Positions 46,904-56,284 of a stretch of DNA of 64,000 nt are shown here, in pieces. This DNA comes from Patescibacteria group bacterium (GTDB lineage: Bacteria > Patescibacteriota > Patescibacteriia > 2-01-FULL-39-33). Every line of letters begins with the position of its first letter. The stretch's first letter is position 1. The translations under genes were made by a program, and so were the position numbers. Where the stretch lies: NCBI GenBank assembly GCA_041649575.1, contig JBAZMW010000001.1:154711-218710 (forward strand). Reading direction: 5' to 3'. The notes beneath the pieces are model-generated. The model saw only the letters and a program-made list of their open reading frames with translations. It had not been told where the DNA came from and ran no database searches.

Positions 46904-47473
46904 TTGTGCTATAATAAAAATGAAATAATTACTCCGTCAAACCAAATGGTTGATTCGCAAAAAATGAAAAAAGTGGAGCAAGAACCCTTGGGTACGGCCG
47001 ATTTCAAGCCGGAGGCTTTCAGGCTGCCCCAAAAAGAAAAAGCTCCTTTGCCGGTGCCAGAGAAACCGCAACTGGAGTCCGGGGACAATCTGGAATCCTC
47101 CAGGCTGTCCAACCAGTCGGAGATGGTGCAGGCGGGGGAATTGATTCAGCGCCATGCTCTGCCGCCAACCGCCAGCCTTTACGAAGAAGACTACCGGCGC
47201 ATCGAGAAGGTGCTGGAGGAGAATTTGAGTGATTTTTATTTTCGTCTCTCGCCCTTGGAACAACAGAAGTTCAAGCAAAAAGGCGAGGAGACAACGGTGG
47301 CAATTTTAAGGATTATTTCCAAGCCTAGATTCAAAATAAGAAGAATAGTGGAGCTGATAAAAAATTGGCTGAAGCTGTTGCCGGGAATCAACCGTTTTTT
47401 TCTGGAGCAAACAGCCAAGATTAAAGCCGATAAAATCATAGTGGAAGTCACCAGAAAAAGACCATATTTTTGA
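46904..47473 (+). CDS. Hypothetical protein (189 aa), translationally coupled to the downstream ATPase
   Basis: ORF whose stop overlaps the next start (ATGA). Confidence 0.4.
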   Translation: MCYNKNEIITPSNQMVDSQKMKKVEQEPLGTADFKPEAFRLPQKEKAPLPVPEKPQLESGDNLESSRLSNQSEMVQAGELIQRHALPPTASLYEEDYRRIEKVLEENLSDFYFRLSPLEQQKFKQKGEETTVAILRIISKPRFKIRRIVELIKNWLKLLPGINRFFLEQTAKIKADKIIVEVTRKRPYF

Positions 47474-50037
47474 TTATGGATCTGACTCTTAATCAAACAA
47501 CCGCGGTATTGCCGGAGCTGGTAAACCAAATTGCTTTTTGGCTGGTTTTTGGCTTGGCCCTAGCGCTGGCGGTGGTTTTAATTTTGTTGACTTTGAGAAA
47601 GATTTTGCGTTCTTATAAAATTTATGCGGCGGTTTTTGAAAATAAAATTTTTCGGCTGACGCTGCCCAAAAGAACAATCGAAAAAGAAGAAGAACGCAAA
47701 ACTGTCAAAGAAATGCTCTCCGGCGTGGAAAATCTCTATGCCAATTTGGGAGGACTAAGGGCGTCGCGCGGTTTCAAGACCTGGCTGTTCGGCCGCTATG
47801 ATCATTGGGCGCTGGAGATCGTGGTGGGCGAGGACCAGCTGATCACTTTTTATCTGGCGGTGCCCAAATATTTGGAAGATTATTTAAAACAGCAGTTTTT
47901 GTCGCAGTATCCGTATTGTCAAATTGAAGAAGTTGAAGATTACAATATTTTCAAGCCCCAAGGCTATGTGGCGGTTGGCCACTTAAAGACGATAAAAAAC
48001 AAAATGTTTCCCATTCTGACCTATAAACAGATGGAGATCGATCCTTTGGTGGCGGTTTTGAGCTCGCTGGCCAAGCTGCCACCGGGGCAGACGGCCGCTA
48101 TCCAGCTGGTGATGCGTTCGGCCAGAGGCGAATGGCGCAACCAGGGAATCAAAGTCGCTTCCCAAATGCAGCAGGGCAAAAATTTAAAACAAGCCCTGGG
48201 CGCGGTCAGTTCCAAAGGAGTTTCCGGCGCTCTAGGCAAGCCGGCAGACTGGTTTTATGCCGCCGGCACCGGCAAAAACAAGTCGCAACAACTTAACAAG
48301 CAACCGGAGCTATATCGCTTGTCGCCGATGGAAGAGCAAGTGGTCAAATCTCTGGAAGAAAAGGCTTCCAAGGCCGGGTTGGACGTCAATATCAGAATCG
48401 TGGCCTTTGCTCCGCTGGAAAATCAGGCCAAAGAGATTTTGCGGCGGATTTGCAACTCTTTCGCCCAGTATTCCAGCTACGAATATGCCAATGGCTTTAA
48501 GGCCGTAATCAAGGGTACGGGCAGAAAATTGATCGGCGATTTCATTTACCGTCATTTTGACGAAAGCATCAACATGATTTTAAATACCGAGGAACTGACT
48601 TCTTTGTGGCACTTGCCGCTACCCAATACCGAAGTGCCCAATATTCTTTGGCTCCAGGCCAGAAAGCTGCCGCCGCCGGTCAATATGCCGCCAGAGGGAA
48701 TAATTTTGGGAGAAAATGTTTACCGCGGCCAGCAGACAATCGTTAGAATGAAAGACGCGGATCGCCGGCGCCATATGTATATTATTGGTATGACCGGCAC
48801 CGGCAAATCGACAACCATGGCCACCATGGCCATTCAGGATATCAGAGCCGGCAAGGGCGTCTGTGTCATTGATCCGCACGGCAGCCTGATGGAAGAAATT
48901 ATTCCCCATATTCCCGAAGAAAGGTTTGAAGACGTGATTATTTTTGATCCCGCCGACGTCGAGCGGCCGCTGGGGCTTAATATGCTGGAGGCCAAGAGCT
49001 CCTACGAAATGGACACGGCGGCTCAAGAAATGATCACTATTTTTTATAAATTATTGCCGGATCCGGCCATGGCTGGCCCGATGTTTGAGCATTATATGAG
49101 AAACGCGCTTTTGGCGTTGATGGCCGATCAGGATGATCCTGGCACCTTGGTGGAACTGGCCAGAATTTTTACCGACGAGCCGTTCCGCAAAAAGAAATTG
49201 GAGCATGTCAAGGATATTTTAGTCAAGGATTTTTGGGAAAGAGAATACACGGCCTCGCAAAAGGGATCGACCGGCGCCGACATGCTTTCTTATGTCATTT
49301 CCAAAACCGGCCGTTTTGTGGAAAACGAGCTGATGAGAAATATCATTGGTCAGTCGAAATCAGGCATCAACTTTCGCGAGGCGATGGACCGGCAAAAAAT
49401 ACTGCTGATGAATTTATCCAAAGGAAAAATCGGCGACACCAATAGTAATCTATTGGGGCTGATCGCCGTTTCCAAACTGCAAATGGCGGCTTTAGCCAGA
49501 GCCGACATGCCTGAGAGCCAGCGTAAAGATTTTTATCTGTATATCGATGAGTTTCAGAATTTCATTACCGACAGCATTTCTGTAATTTTATCGGAGGCCA
49601 GAAAATACAAACTCAATTTGGTGATGGCTCACCAGTACATCGCCCAATTAGTGCAGAACAACGATACGCGGGTTAAGGACGCGGTTTTTGGCAATGTGGG
49701 TACGATAGTCTGCTACCGCATCGGCGTGGACGACTCCGAGGTGATGGCCAAACAACTGGCTCCGCAAGTCAATGAGTTTGACGTGATGAATATTGAAAAA
49801 TACCATGCCTATGTCAGGCTGTTGATAGATAACACCGCCTCGGAAACTTTCAATATGCTGGCTTATCCGCCAGACAAAGTGGCGGCCAGCTCGGCGGATC
49901 CGGAAATCGTCAAGCCGCTGAAAGAGCTGTCCCGGCTGAAATACGGCCGTGACCGCAACTTGGTGATAAGAGAAATAATAGAGCGGTCGAAAATCGGGCA
50001 GCTGGGCGTCAAGCCGCCTAGCCCGCTTGGCAAATAA
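47470..50037 (+). CDS. Membrane-anchored P-loop ATPase of the VirD4/TraG (T4SS coupling protein)/DUF87 superfamily
   Basis: N-terminal TM; Walker A HMYIIGMTGTGKST; Walker B-like DFYLYIDEFQNF; 855 aa. Confidence 0.55.
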   Translation: MIMDLTLNQTTAVLPELVNQIAFWLVFGLALALAVVLILLTLRKILRSYKIYAAVFENKIFRLTLPKRTIEKEEERKTVKEMLSGVENLYANLGGLRASRGFKTWLFGRYDHWALEIVVGEDQLITFYLAVPKYLEDYLKQQFLSQYPYCQIEEVEDYNIFKPQGYVAVGHLKTIKNKMFPILTYKQMEIDPLVAVLSSLAKLPPGQTAAIQLVMRSARGEWRNQGIKVASQMQQGKNLKQALGAVSSKGVSGALGKPADWFYAAGTGKNKSQQLNKQPELYRLSPMEEQVVKSLEEKASKAGLDVNIRIVAFAPLENQAKEILRRICNSFAQYSSYEYANGFKAVIKGTGRKLIGDFIYRHFDESINMILNTEELTSLWHLPLPNTEVPNILWLQARKLPPPVNMPPEGIILGENVYRGQQTIVRMKDADRRRHMYIIGMTGTGKSTTMATMAIQDIRAGKGVCVIDPHGSLMEEIIPHIPEERFEDVIIFDPADVERPLGLNMLEAKSSYEMDTAAQEMITIFYKLLPDPAMAGPMFEHYMRNALLALMADQDDPGTLVELARIFTDEPFRKKKLEHVKDILVKDFWEREYTASQKGSTGADMLSYVISKTGRFVENELMRNIIGQSKSGINFREAMDRQKILLMNLSKGKIGDTNSNLLGLIAVSKLQMAALARADMPESQRKDFYLYIDEFQNFITDSISVILSEARKYKLNLVMAHQYIAQLVQNNDTRVKDAVFGNVGTIVCYRIGVDDSEVMAKQLAPQVNEFDVMNIEKYHAYVRLLIDNTASETFNMLAYPPDKVAASSADPEIVKPLKELSRLKYGRDRNLVIREIIERSKIGQLGVKPPSPLGK

Positions 50038-50098
50038 ATTAAATTGTGATATATCAAATATTGCTAGGGAGCGTCTAACTTGGGAAGGAGGAAACACC

Positions 50099-50359
50099 AT
50101 GATTACGACCGTGACCCTGACAAAGCCTTTACAGGTGGCGGATTTTTCCGGCAGTGACTGGAAGTTTCGGACTCTGCCACAAGGAGAGTACCAGGTGGAG
50201 GATGTGGCCAATCCCTTGGGTCTGGCAGGCGAAGACGATCATTGGCTGGTGCTGGCAGGCACCCAGGAAGGCATGAGAGAAAGCGTCTGGCGACGGCACT
50301 GCTGCAGGGGGCAGAAGCGGAGCTGGCTAAAGACTTTGCCAGAGCCGTGTCCGGCGTAG
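50099..50359 (+). CDS. GC-rich islet ORF, 86-aa hypothetical protein
   Basis: SD GGAAGGAGGaaacaccATG; about 56% GC; followed by an imperfect hairpin and T-run at 50375-50428. Confidence 0.45.
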   Translation: MITTVTLTKPLQVADFSGSDWKFRTLPQGEYQVEDVANPLGLAGEDDHWLVLAGTQEGMRESVWRRHCCRGQKRSWLKTLPEPCPA

Positions 50360-50434
50360 GACTCGTGGAGGACTAGTATTAGAGACGGCCGTTTAACCGA
50401 GGCAACCGGTTAGACGGCTCGATTTTTATCTAAG

Positions 50435-50463
50435 TTGCCGAAAACCAAGCCTTGGCCTATAAT
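50435..50463 (+). promoter_or_regulatory. Sigma70-like promoter TTGCCG-17-TATAAT upstream of dnaX
   Basis: Read directly. Confidence 0.5.
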
Positions 50464-50488
50464 TAAAGAAAAGAAAACACGGGTTTTT

Positions 50489-52219
50489 ATGTCGACTTTA
50501 TACCGCAAATACCGGCCGCAAACTTTCAAGGACTTAATCGGCCAGAATCATATAAAAATCACTCTGCAGCATGAGCTGGAGCTGTATCAGATCGGCCACG
50601 CTTATCTTTTTTGCGGGCCCAGGGGTCTGGGCAAAACCAGTGCGGCGCGGTTGTTTGCCAAGGCGGTTAATTGTCAAAACATAAAAGAAGGCGAGAGCGA
50701 GCCCTGCAATGTTTGCGAATCTTGCCTGGCGATTACCAGCAGTCGAGCGCTGGATATTATAGAAATCGACGCGGCCAGCCATACGGGCGTAGATCAGGTG
50801 CGGGAAAACATTATCGAGAACGTGCGCTTTACCCCCAGCGGCAGCAAATACAAAGTTTTTATCATTGACGAGGTGCACATGCTGTCGATTTCGGCCTTTA
50901 ACGCTTTGCTAAAAACACTGGAGGAGCCGCCGGCGCACGCCATTTTTATTTTGTGCACCACCGAGATCCACAAAGTGCCGCAGACGATCATTTCCCGCTG
51001 CCAGCGTTTTGATTTTAGAAAAGTTTCTAAAGCCGATTTGTTAAAAAGATTAAAATATATTGTTAAGGCAGAAAATAAGCAGGTGGCCGACAAGGTGTTG
51101 GAGAACATTATTATTTATTCCGAAGGCTGTGTGCGCGATGCGGAGAGCCTGCTGGGTAAGATTTTGACTTTGGGCGATGATATTAGCGAAGAGATGGCCG
51201 AGATAGTTCTGCCGCATTCTGATTTCAGCCTGATTGTTTCTTTTTTGGATTTTATTCTGGAGAAAAATACCACCGGCGCCATAGAATTAATCAATAAGCT
51301 GGTCACCGACGGCGTTGATTTGCAAATTTTCACCGACAGTCTGGTTGAATTTTTGCGTAAGGTTTTGTTATTGAAGGCGGGCGGCAGTTTGGGAGAATTC
51401 GGCATCGAACTGGACGAAGCAACAGAAGCCGCGGCGGCCAGACTGGCGGAAAGGTTCGACTACGCCAAACTACTTTCGGTAATAGAGTTATTCTTGGCTA
51501 AAAAGCAGGAACTGAAAACCGCTTTTATCCAGCAGTTGCCTTTGGAAACGGCGGCGGTGCAGCTAAGCGAAGAAGTGATTTGCCGGCGGGATGACGATTC
51601 TGAAAATAAGGATTCCGGCGCCGGCGGCTGTCCGGAAGGTTTTAAAAAGGAAAAACAAGAAGACAAGGAAGCGGCAGAGAAAAAAATCAAAGAAAAGATA
51701 AAAGATCGGCTGGCGCGTTTTAGCCATTTAAAAAGCAAGGAGGCGGCGCCGGAAACAGCAGAGAGCCAGGCAGCCAGCGATCAGCCAGAAAGTAAAACCG
51801 ATGAAAACCAAAAAATAGTTAGTTTTGAAGAAATAACAGAAAGTTGGCAAAAAATAATCGAAGTCTTATTGAAAAAAAACTACACTTTGGGCTCGCTACT
51901 GAAAATCAGCCGGCCATTGGAGTGCCAAGACAACATCTTGGAAATCGGCCTGAAGAGCAAGTTTTATAAAGATCGTCTGGAGGATTTGAAAAACAAGAAG
52001 CTGATTGGCGACGTAGTTTCGGAAGTAGTAGCGGCGGCGGTGGTTGTCAGGGGAGTGATAAAAGAAGACGTTGAGCCGTTGATGGCGGGGCAGCAGAGCG
52101 GGCCGGCTGCCGGCGCCGAGGCTCTCGATGCCAAAATCGAAAGCGCTGCAATTAGTATTGAACCGATAAAAATCCAAAAATCAGGCGATGTGGCCCAGGA
52201 AGTGATAGCCATGTTTTAG
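50489..52219 (+). CDS. dnaX: DNA polymerase III subunit gamma/tau
   Basis: MSTLYRKYRPQTFKDLIGQ, GHAYLFCGPRGLGKTS, Zn module CxxC...CxxC, DEVHML. The start is set at ATG 50489 because the track start overlaps the promoter. Confidence 0.85.
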   Translation: MSTLYRKYRPQTFKDLIGQNHIKITLQHELELYQIGHAYLFCGPRGLGKTSAARLFAKAVNCQNIKEGESEPCNVCESCLAITSSRALDIIEIDAASHTGVDQVRENIIENVRFTPSGSKYKVFIIDEVHMLSISAFNALLKTLEEPPAHAIFILCTTEIHKVPQTIISRCQRFDFRKVSKADLLKRLKYIVKAENKQVADKVLENIIIYSEGCVRDAESLLGKILTLGDDISEEMAEIVLPHSDFSLIVSFLDFILEKNTTGAIELINKLVTDGVDLQIFTDSLVEFLRKVLLLKAGGSLGEFGIELDEATEAAAARLAERFDYAKLLSVIELFLAKKQELKTAFIQQLPLETAAVQLSEEVICRRDDDSENKDSGAGGCPEGFKKEKQEDKEAAEKKIKEKIKDRLARFSHLKSKEAAPETAESQAASDQPESKTDENQKIVSFEEITESWQKIIEVLLKKNYTLGSLLKISRPLECQDNILEIGLKSKFYKDRLEDLKNKKLIGDVVSEVVAAAVVVRGVIKEDVEPLMAGQQSGPAAGAEALDAKIESAAISIEPIKIQKSGDVAQEVIAMF

Positions 52220-52269
52220 CTTGATTTTTTTGCTTTTTTTTGTTAAATTAATTATTCGATTATTTTTAT

Positions 52270-52343
52270 TGCGGGATCGTCTAATGGTAGGACACGCCCC
52301 TCTGGAGGGCGGTATCATGGTTCGAGTCCATGTCCCGCAGCCA
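52270..52343 (+). tRNA. tRNA-Gln (anticodon CTG)
   Basis: I folded it by hand: acceptor TGCGGGA/TCCCGCA, anticodon stem CGCCC/GGGCG with loop CTCTGGA, T-arm CATGG-TTCGAGT-CCATG, CCA encoded. Confidence 0.8.
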
Positions 52344-52401
52344 ATTGCGTTTTTCTGGTTATTTCCTATAATAAAGTCAGAATTACCTAACTAAAAAACA
52401 T

Positions 52402-55400
52402 ATGAAAAAAGGCAAACTAATATTTGTTGGTTTGGCTTTATTTTTTTGTTTGATTGGTATTTATAAGCTGGTTTTGGCGCAAACCAGCTGTTATTTCAAG
52501 GGCCCTGAGACTTCGCCGGATCTTTTGCGTCTAAGCAGCCTTGATATTAGCGGTAACGGCAATTTGCTAGTTGGGGATACGGTGACGGTCGGTTTTAATT
52601 TGCAAAATTATGGCCAAAGCGATATCAAGCTTGGTTCAAAGGGAATCTTTGCCGCTGGATTCGATCCCAGCAGTTCCGACGCCTCGTTTGGCTTTTCTTA
52701 CGCCAATGCCATCTTAAAGCCGGGGCAAACAGTTTCTTTCAAGGCTTCAAGAGTTTTGGATAAAGAGGGGGTTTGGACAATCTGGCCGTCATATCAGATT
52801 GTTAGCGGCAAGACGGAAAAACTAGGGCCAGACAATTGGCGCGCCTGTCCTTTAAGCGTAGCGGCGGCTCAAAAAGACTCCGACCAGGATGGCGTTTATG
52901 ACGAAAGCGATAATTGTCCCAGCGCTTATAATCCCAATCAGGAAGATATTGATGGCGACAAAATTGGCGATGCCTGCGATGGTTGCGATGACAGGGATTG
53001 GGATCAGGATAAGATTAAGAACTGCTCCGACAAATGTCCCGATCAGCCAGAGATTTTTAATCAATATCAAGATGAAGACGGCTGCCCCGACGAAAAGCCG
53101 CAGGAAACCAAAGACAGCGATCAAGATGGAGTTGATGACAGCAAAGATAATTGTCCGAACGCTTATAATCCCGATCAAAAAGACGGTAACAGTAATAACC
53201 AGGGCGACGCTTGCGAACAAAGAACAGACGGACAAGATTTACCGGAAGAGAACAAAGAATCGCCGGTTTCACTAGTTACCGGTTTGCCAGCCGAGACTGC
53301 CGGCAATGTTAATTTAAATATCAATGCTTCGCGAGTCCCGACAGAAGAAATAAGCGTCCCTTGCGACCTTTCGGGAACGATTTGGAATTTTAAATATTTG
53401 TCAAAAACCTTAAAGGTGAGGATTTGCGAAGCCGAAAGAATCGGTGGCGGCTGTCTGCCAACCCCGCCGTTTACCTGCACTGGTGGCGCTGTCAGTTGTA
53501 AAGAAGGTGGCGCCAGTTGGCTAGAAAATGTCAGTCGGGTTTGGACCGGAGAGGAAGCCTACCGTAATCCCGGGCCGCTGTCTTACCGGGCCAGGGTCGG
53601 TTGTGGCAGTAGTTATTTGATTACGCCGAGCTACGAACCATTCGAACAAGAATGCCAGTGGCAGGGACGTTTTAGCCCAACCAGAAGCAATTTTGTCAAT
53701 ATGAGCGGCACCAGCCAGACGGGTTATGATTTTAATTTCACTGCCAACGAACTCACGCCACCCAGTGTTAACATGATAAGTGACGATGTCAGGCGGCCGG
53801 CTACCTTTAAGGGCGAAGGTAATTTTAAGGTTTTGGTTAACGCTTTTGACGCCAGCGGTATCAAAAACATAAAGATAACCGGCAGCTATACGGTGAAGTA
53901 TTTTTCAGCCGATGAAACCGGGCCGTTGGAAACTGGCCGCGGTGATGAGACGGTGACAGTGGACAGAAGTTGCAGCATTTCTCCCTGCGATGTGTTTTTG
54001 CCTTATTATGCTGGAGGCAAACAAATCAGCTTTGATTTGCATATTAGCGCCTGCGACAACAACGGCAATAAAATTGAAACCACTTATAACCATGTTTTTC
54101 CCGATAATTCGGGCGATCTTGTTGTCGCCGCCACCGATCCGGTGCAAGTGATTTATGACGCGCCTTTGGTCAAAAATAAGAACACGGCTTTTCGGATTAA
54201 GGTCAATTCAACTTTTCCTTATCCGACAGAAGCCAAGTTTCGTCTTGATTTGCCGCCGGATAAATGGAGCATGACCAGCCGTAGCGGCAGTTATCTTTTG
54301 GGGTTTACTCCAGGTTGGCGCTATAAAGATCTGTGGGGGCCGATAAAAATTCCGGCCAACGCCAGGAATCATGAGATCATGTTGCCGATAATTGCCGATT
54401 GGCAAAAAGAACTCGATTATGACAGTACCGCTGACAGGGAAGGCAAGGTGTTGCGCGGACGCGAGGTTAGCGGCGTTTGGGGACTGGATGTCCGATTATT
54501 GCCCATTCCCGCGGCTGACAGAGTAAATTATTCCGTCAGTATTGATCCGGAAAACCAAATTTCCGAAACTAACGAGAGAAATAATATTATTAATTCCGTT
54601 GAATATTCGACAGCCAAAACTAAGGCTTGGCGGTTTTTGTTCATTCCTTATCGTGATGGTTCTGGCGGCGGTATGTGCGCGCCAACCGAGGGCATGCGTC
54701 AAGGTGGAGCCAAAAGACAACTGGAATATGTGCTGGCCACGTTCCCAATCGCTGAAAACAAAATTGAATATGGTTTTTCTTATACCAATTTTTCCCTTGG
54801 TTGCGGCGGCGATCCTGACGGCCAGTGCGAATATGCGCGGGCTTTTAATGTCAGCCGCGGTGAATTTTTGAGGTGGATGGCGCGTTTGGCTCTGGACGAG
54901 GGTTATGATTTCGGCGTGGCTATTGGCTGCGGCGGCGGTGGCGGCGCCGGCGGATCAGATAAGGCCGTGTTTATCGGGGCAGACGGAAATGAAGCGCTGC
55001 TGGCGCATGAGTTTAATCATGTGGTATCGCCGGTCAGCGACGTTTATTCTCGGGATTGCTATAGCAGCTGGAATGAAAGCTACTGTGAGAAGCCGGATGG
55101 CCAACGTTTCTACTGCTGCTGGCAGGATTACAACGACGAGAAAGACCGCCGTGAAAGCAATGGAGTCGATCCAATGGAAGGCTGCACGGTTGACTGCGGC
55201 CAAAACGAGACTTCGGGTTGTGATGGAGCTTGCTGCCACGCCCGCTGTCAGCCGGGTTGCGCTGCGGCCGGTGGTGTTAATTATTACGCACCGGATTTAC
55301 GGATTGATCTGCCGGCCACTAACGGTTTTTGGGCCAATGAATGGCAGAAAAAAGAAAGCAAGCAATATTTTATGGACGGTCCAAGAGGTGATAACTGGAT

Positions 55401-56229
55401 GACGGCCCGAAGCGTGCGGGACAGCGGTTTCAGCTTTTGTCCCAGCCCGGATATCAATGTTGATTATGATGGTTACCTGAATTTATTAAACAACCCTCGT
55501 TTCAAGAGCGCTAGCGACCCCCAGGGCTTATTAGTCAGCGGTACGATTAATAAAAATGGCACAGTTAAATTTGACCCGTTTGTCTATTTGCCAGAAACCT
55601 TTCTTGATTTAGAACCAAATAGTGGGGGTGACTACCAGTTTGTTTTACTCGATGAAAACAAAAAGGAATTAAGCAAGTCGGGTTTTGATGTTTATTTTTA
55701 TCAGTATGATCCCGGTGGCGGGCCGCTGGAGGAGACTTCTTTTGCCTACCGGATTGAGTGGAAGGAAGGAACTAGCTTGATAGAATTACGCAACAAAGCC
55801 GGTCAGGTTTTGGCTAGCCGGCAGGTATCAAAGAACAAGCCGGAAATCGAAGTGGTTTATCCCAACGGCGGTGAGGTTTTTAAGATTGGCAAAAAAATAG
55901 AGCTTAATTGGCAAGCGAGCGATGCCGACGGCGACGAATTGTTTTATTCTTTGGCCGTAAGCTCGGATGGCGGCAAAAGTTGGCTACCCGTGGACATGGA
56001 TTTGAAAACGACAAGCTATGAACTTAATACCGCCGCTTTAAGGCCGGGCGATTATCTACTTAAAGTCAAGGCCAGTGACGGTGTAAATACATCACAGGAT
56101 GTTTCTGACAAGACTTTTGAAGTTAAGGCTGTAAAAAAAATCAAAAATTTGTATTTTTTGGCTTGGGGCGTGGCGATGCTGATTTTATTGGGGATTTTAT
56201 GGAAGAAAAAGTTTGTCCGAAAGAAATAG
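52402..56229 (+). CDS. Giant surface protein (1275 aa) with signal peptide, TSP3-type Ca-binding repeats, a CARDB-like region, a putative zinc-metalloprotease HExxH site (HEFNH), Cys-rich modules and a C-terminal TM anchor
   Basis: DSDQDGVYDESDNCPSAYNPNQEDIDGDKIGDACD repeats; ALLAHEFNHVV; C-terminal LAWGVAMLILLGILWKKK. Confidence 0.7.
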   Translation: MKKGKLIFVGLALFFCLIGIYKLVLAQTSCYFKGPETSPDLLRLSSLDISGNGNLLVGDTVTVGFNLQNYGQSDIKLGSKGIFAAGFDPSSSDASFGFSYANAILKPGQTVSFKASRVLDKEGVWTIWPSYQIVSGKTEKLGPDNWRACPLSVAAAQKDSDQDGVYDESDNCPSAYNPNQEDIDGDKIGDACDGCDDRDWDQDKIKNCSDKCPDQPEIFNQYQDEDGCPDEKPQETKDSDQDGVDDSKDNCPNAYNPDQKDGNSNNQGDACEQRTDGQDLPEENKESPVSLVTGLPAETAGNVNLNINASRVPTEEISVPCDLSGTIWNFKYLSKTLKVRICEAERIGGGCLPTPPFTCTGGAVSCKEGGASWLENVSRVWTGEEAYRNPGPLSYRARVGCGSSYLITPSYEPFEQECQWQGRFSPTRSNFVNMSGTSQTGYDFNFTANELTPPSVNMISDDVRRPATFKGEGNFKVLVNAFDASGIKNIKITGSYTVKYFSADETGPLETGRGDETVTVDRSCSISPCDVFLPYYAGGKQISFDLHISACDNNGNKIETTYNHVFPDNSGDLVVAATDPVQVIYDAPLVKNKNTAFRIKVNSTFPYPTEAKFRLDLPPDKWSMTSRSGSYLLGFTPGWRYKDLWGPIKIPANARNHEIMLPIIADWQKELDYDSTADREGKVLRGREVSGVWGLDVRLLPIPAADRVNYSVSIDPENQISETNERNNIINSVEYSTAKTKAWRFLFIPYRDGSGGGMCAPTEGMRQGGAKRQLEYVLATFPIAENKIEYGFSYTNFSLGCGGDPDGQCEYARAFNVSRGEFLRWMARLALDEGYDFGVAIGCGGGGGAGGSDKAVFIGADGNEALLAHEFNHVVSPVSDVYSRDCYSSWNESYCEKPDGQRFYCCWQDYNDEKDRRESNGVDPMEGCTVDCGQNETSGCDGACCHARCQPGCAAAGGVNYYAPDLRIDLPATNGFWANEWQKKESKQYFMDGPRGDNWMTARSVRDSGFSFCPSPDINVDYDGYLNLLNNPRFKSASDPQGLLVSGTINKNGTVKFDPFVYLPETFLDLEPNSGGDYQFVLLDENKKELSKSGFDVYFYQYDPGGGPLEETSFAYRIEWKEGTSLIELRNKAGQVLASRQVSKNKPEIEVVYPNGGEVFKIGKKIELNWQASDADGDELFYSLAVSSDGGKSWLPVDMDLKTTSYELNTAALRPGDYLLKVKASDGVNTSQDVSDKTFEVKAVKKIKNLYFLAWGVAMLILLGILWKKKFVRKK

Positions 56230-56239
56230 CTTATAATAA

Positions 56240-56273
56240 AAACACCCCCGATAATTTTCGGGGGTGTTTTTTT
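56240..56273. terminator. Bidirectional rho-independent terminator (ACACCCCCGataattttCGGGGGTGT + T7)
   Basis: Perfect 9-bp stem between convergent genes. Confidence 0.75.
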
Positions 56274-56284
56274 ACAAATAAGCT

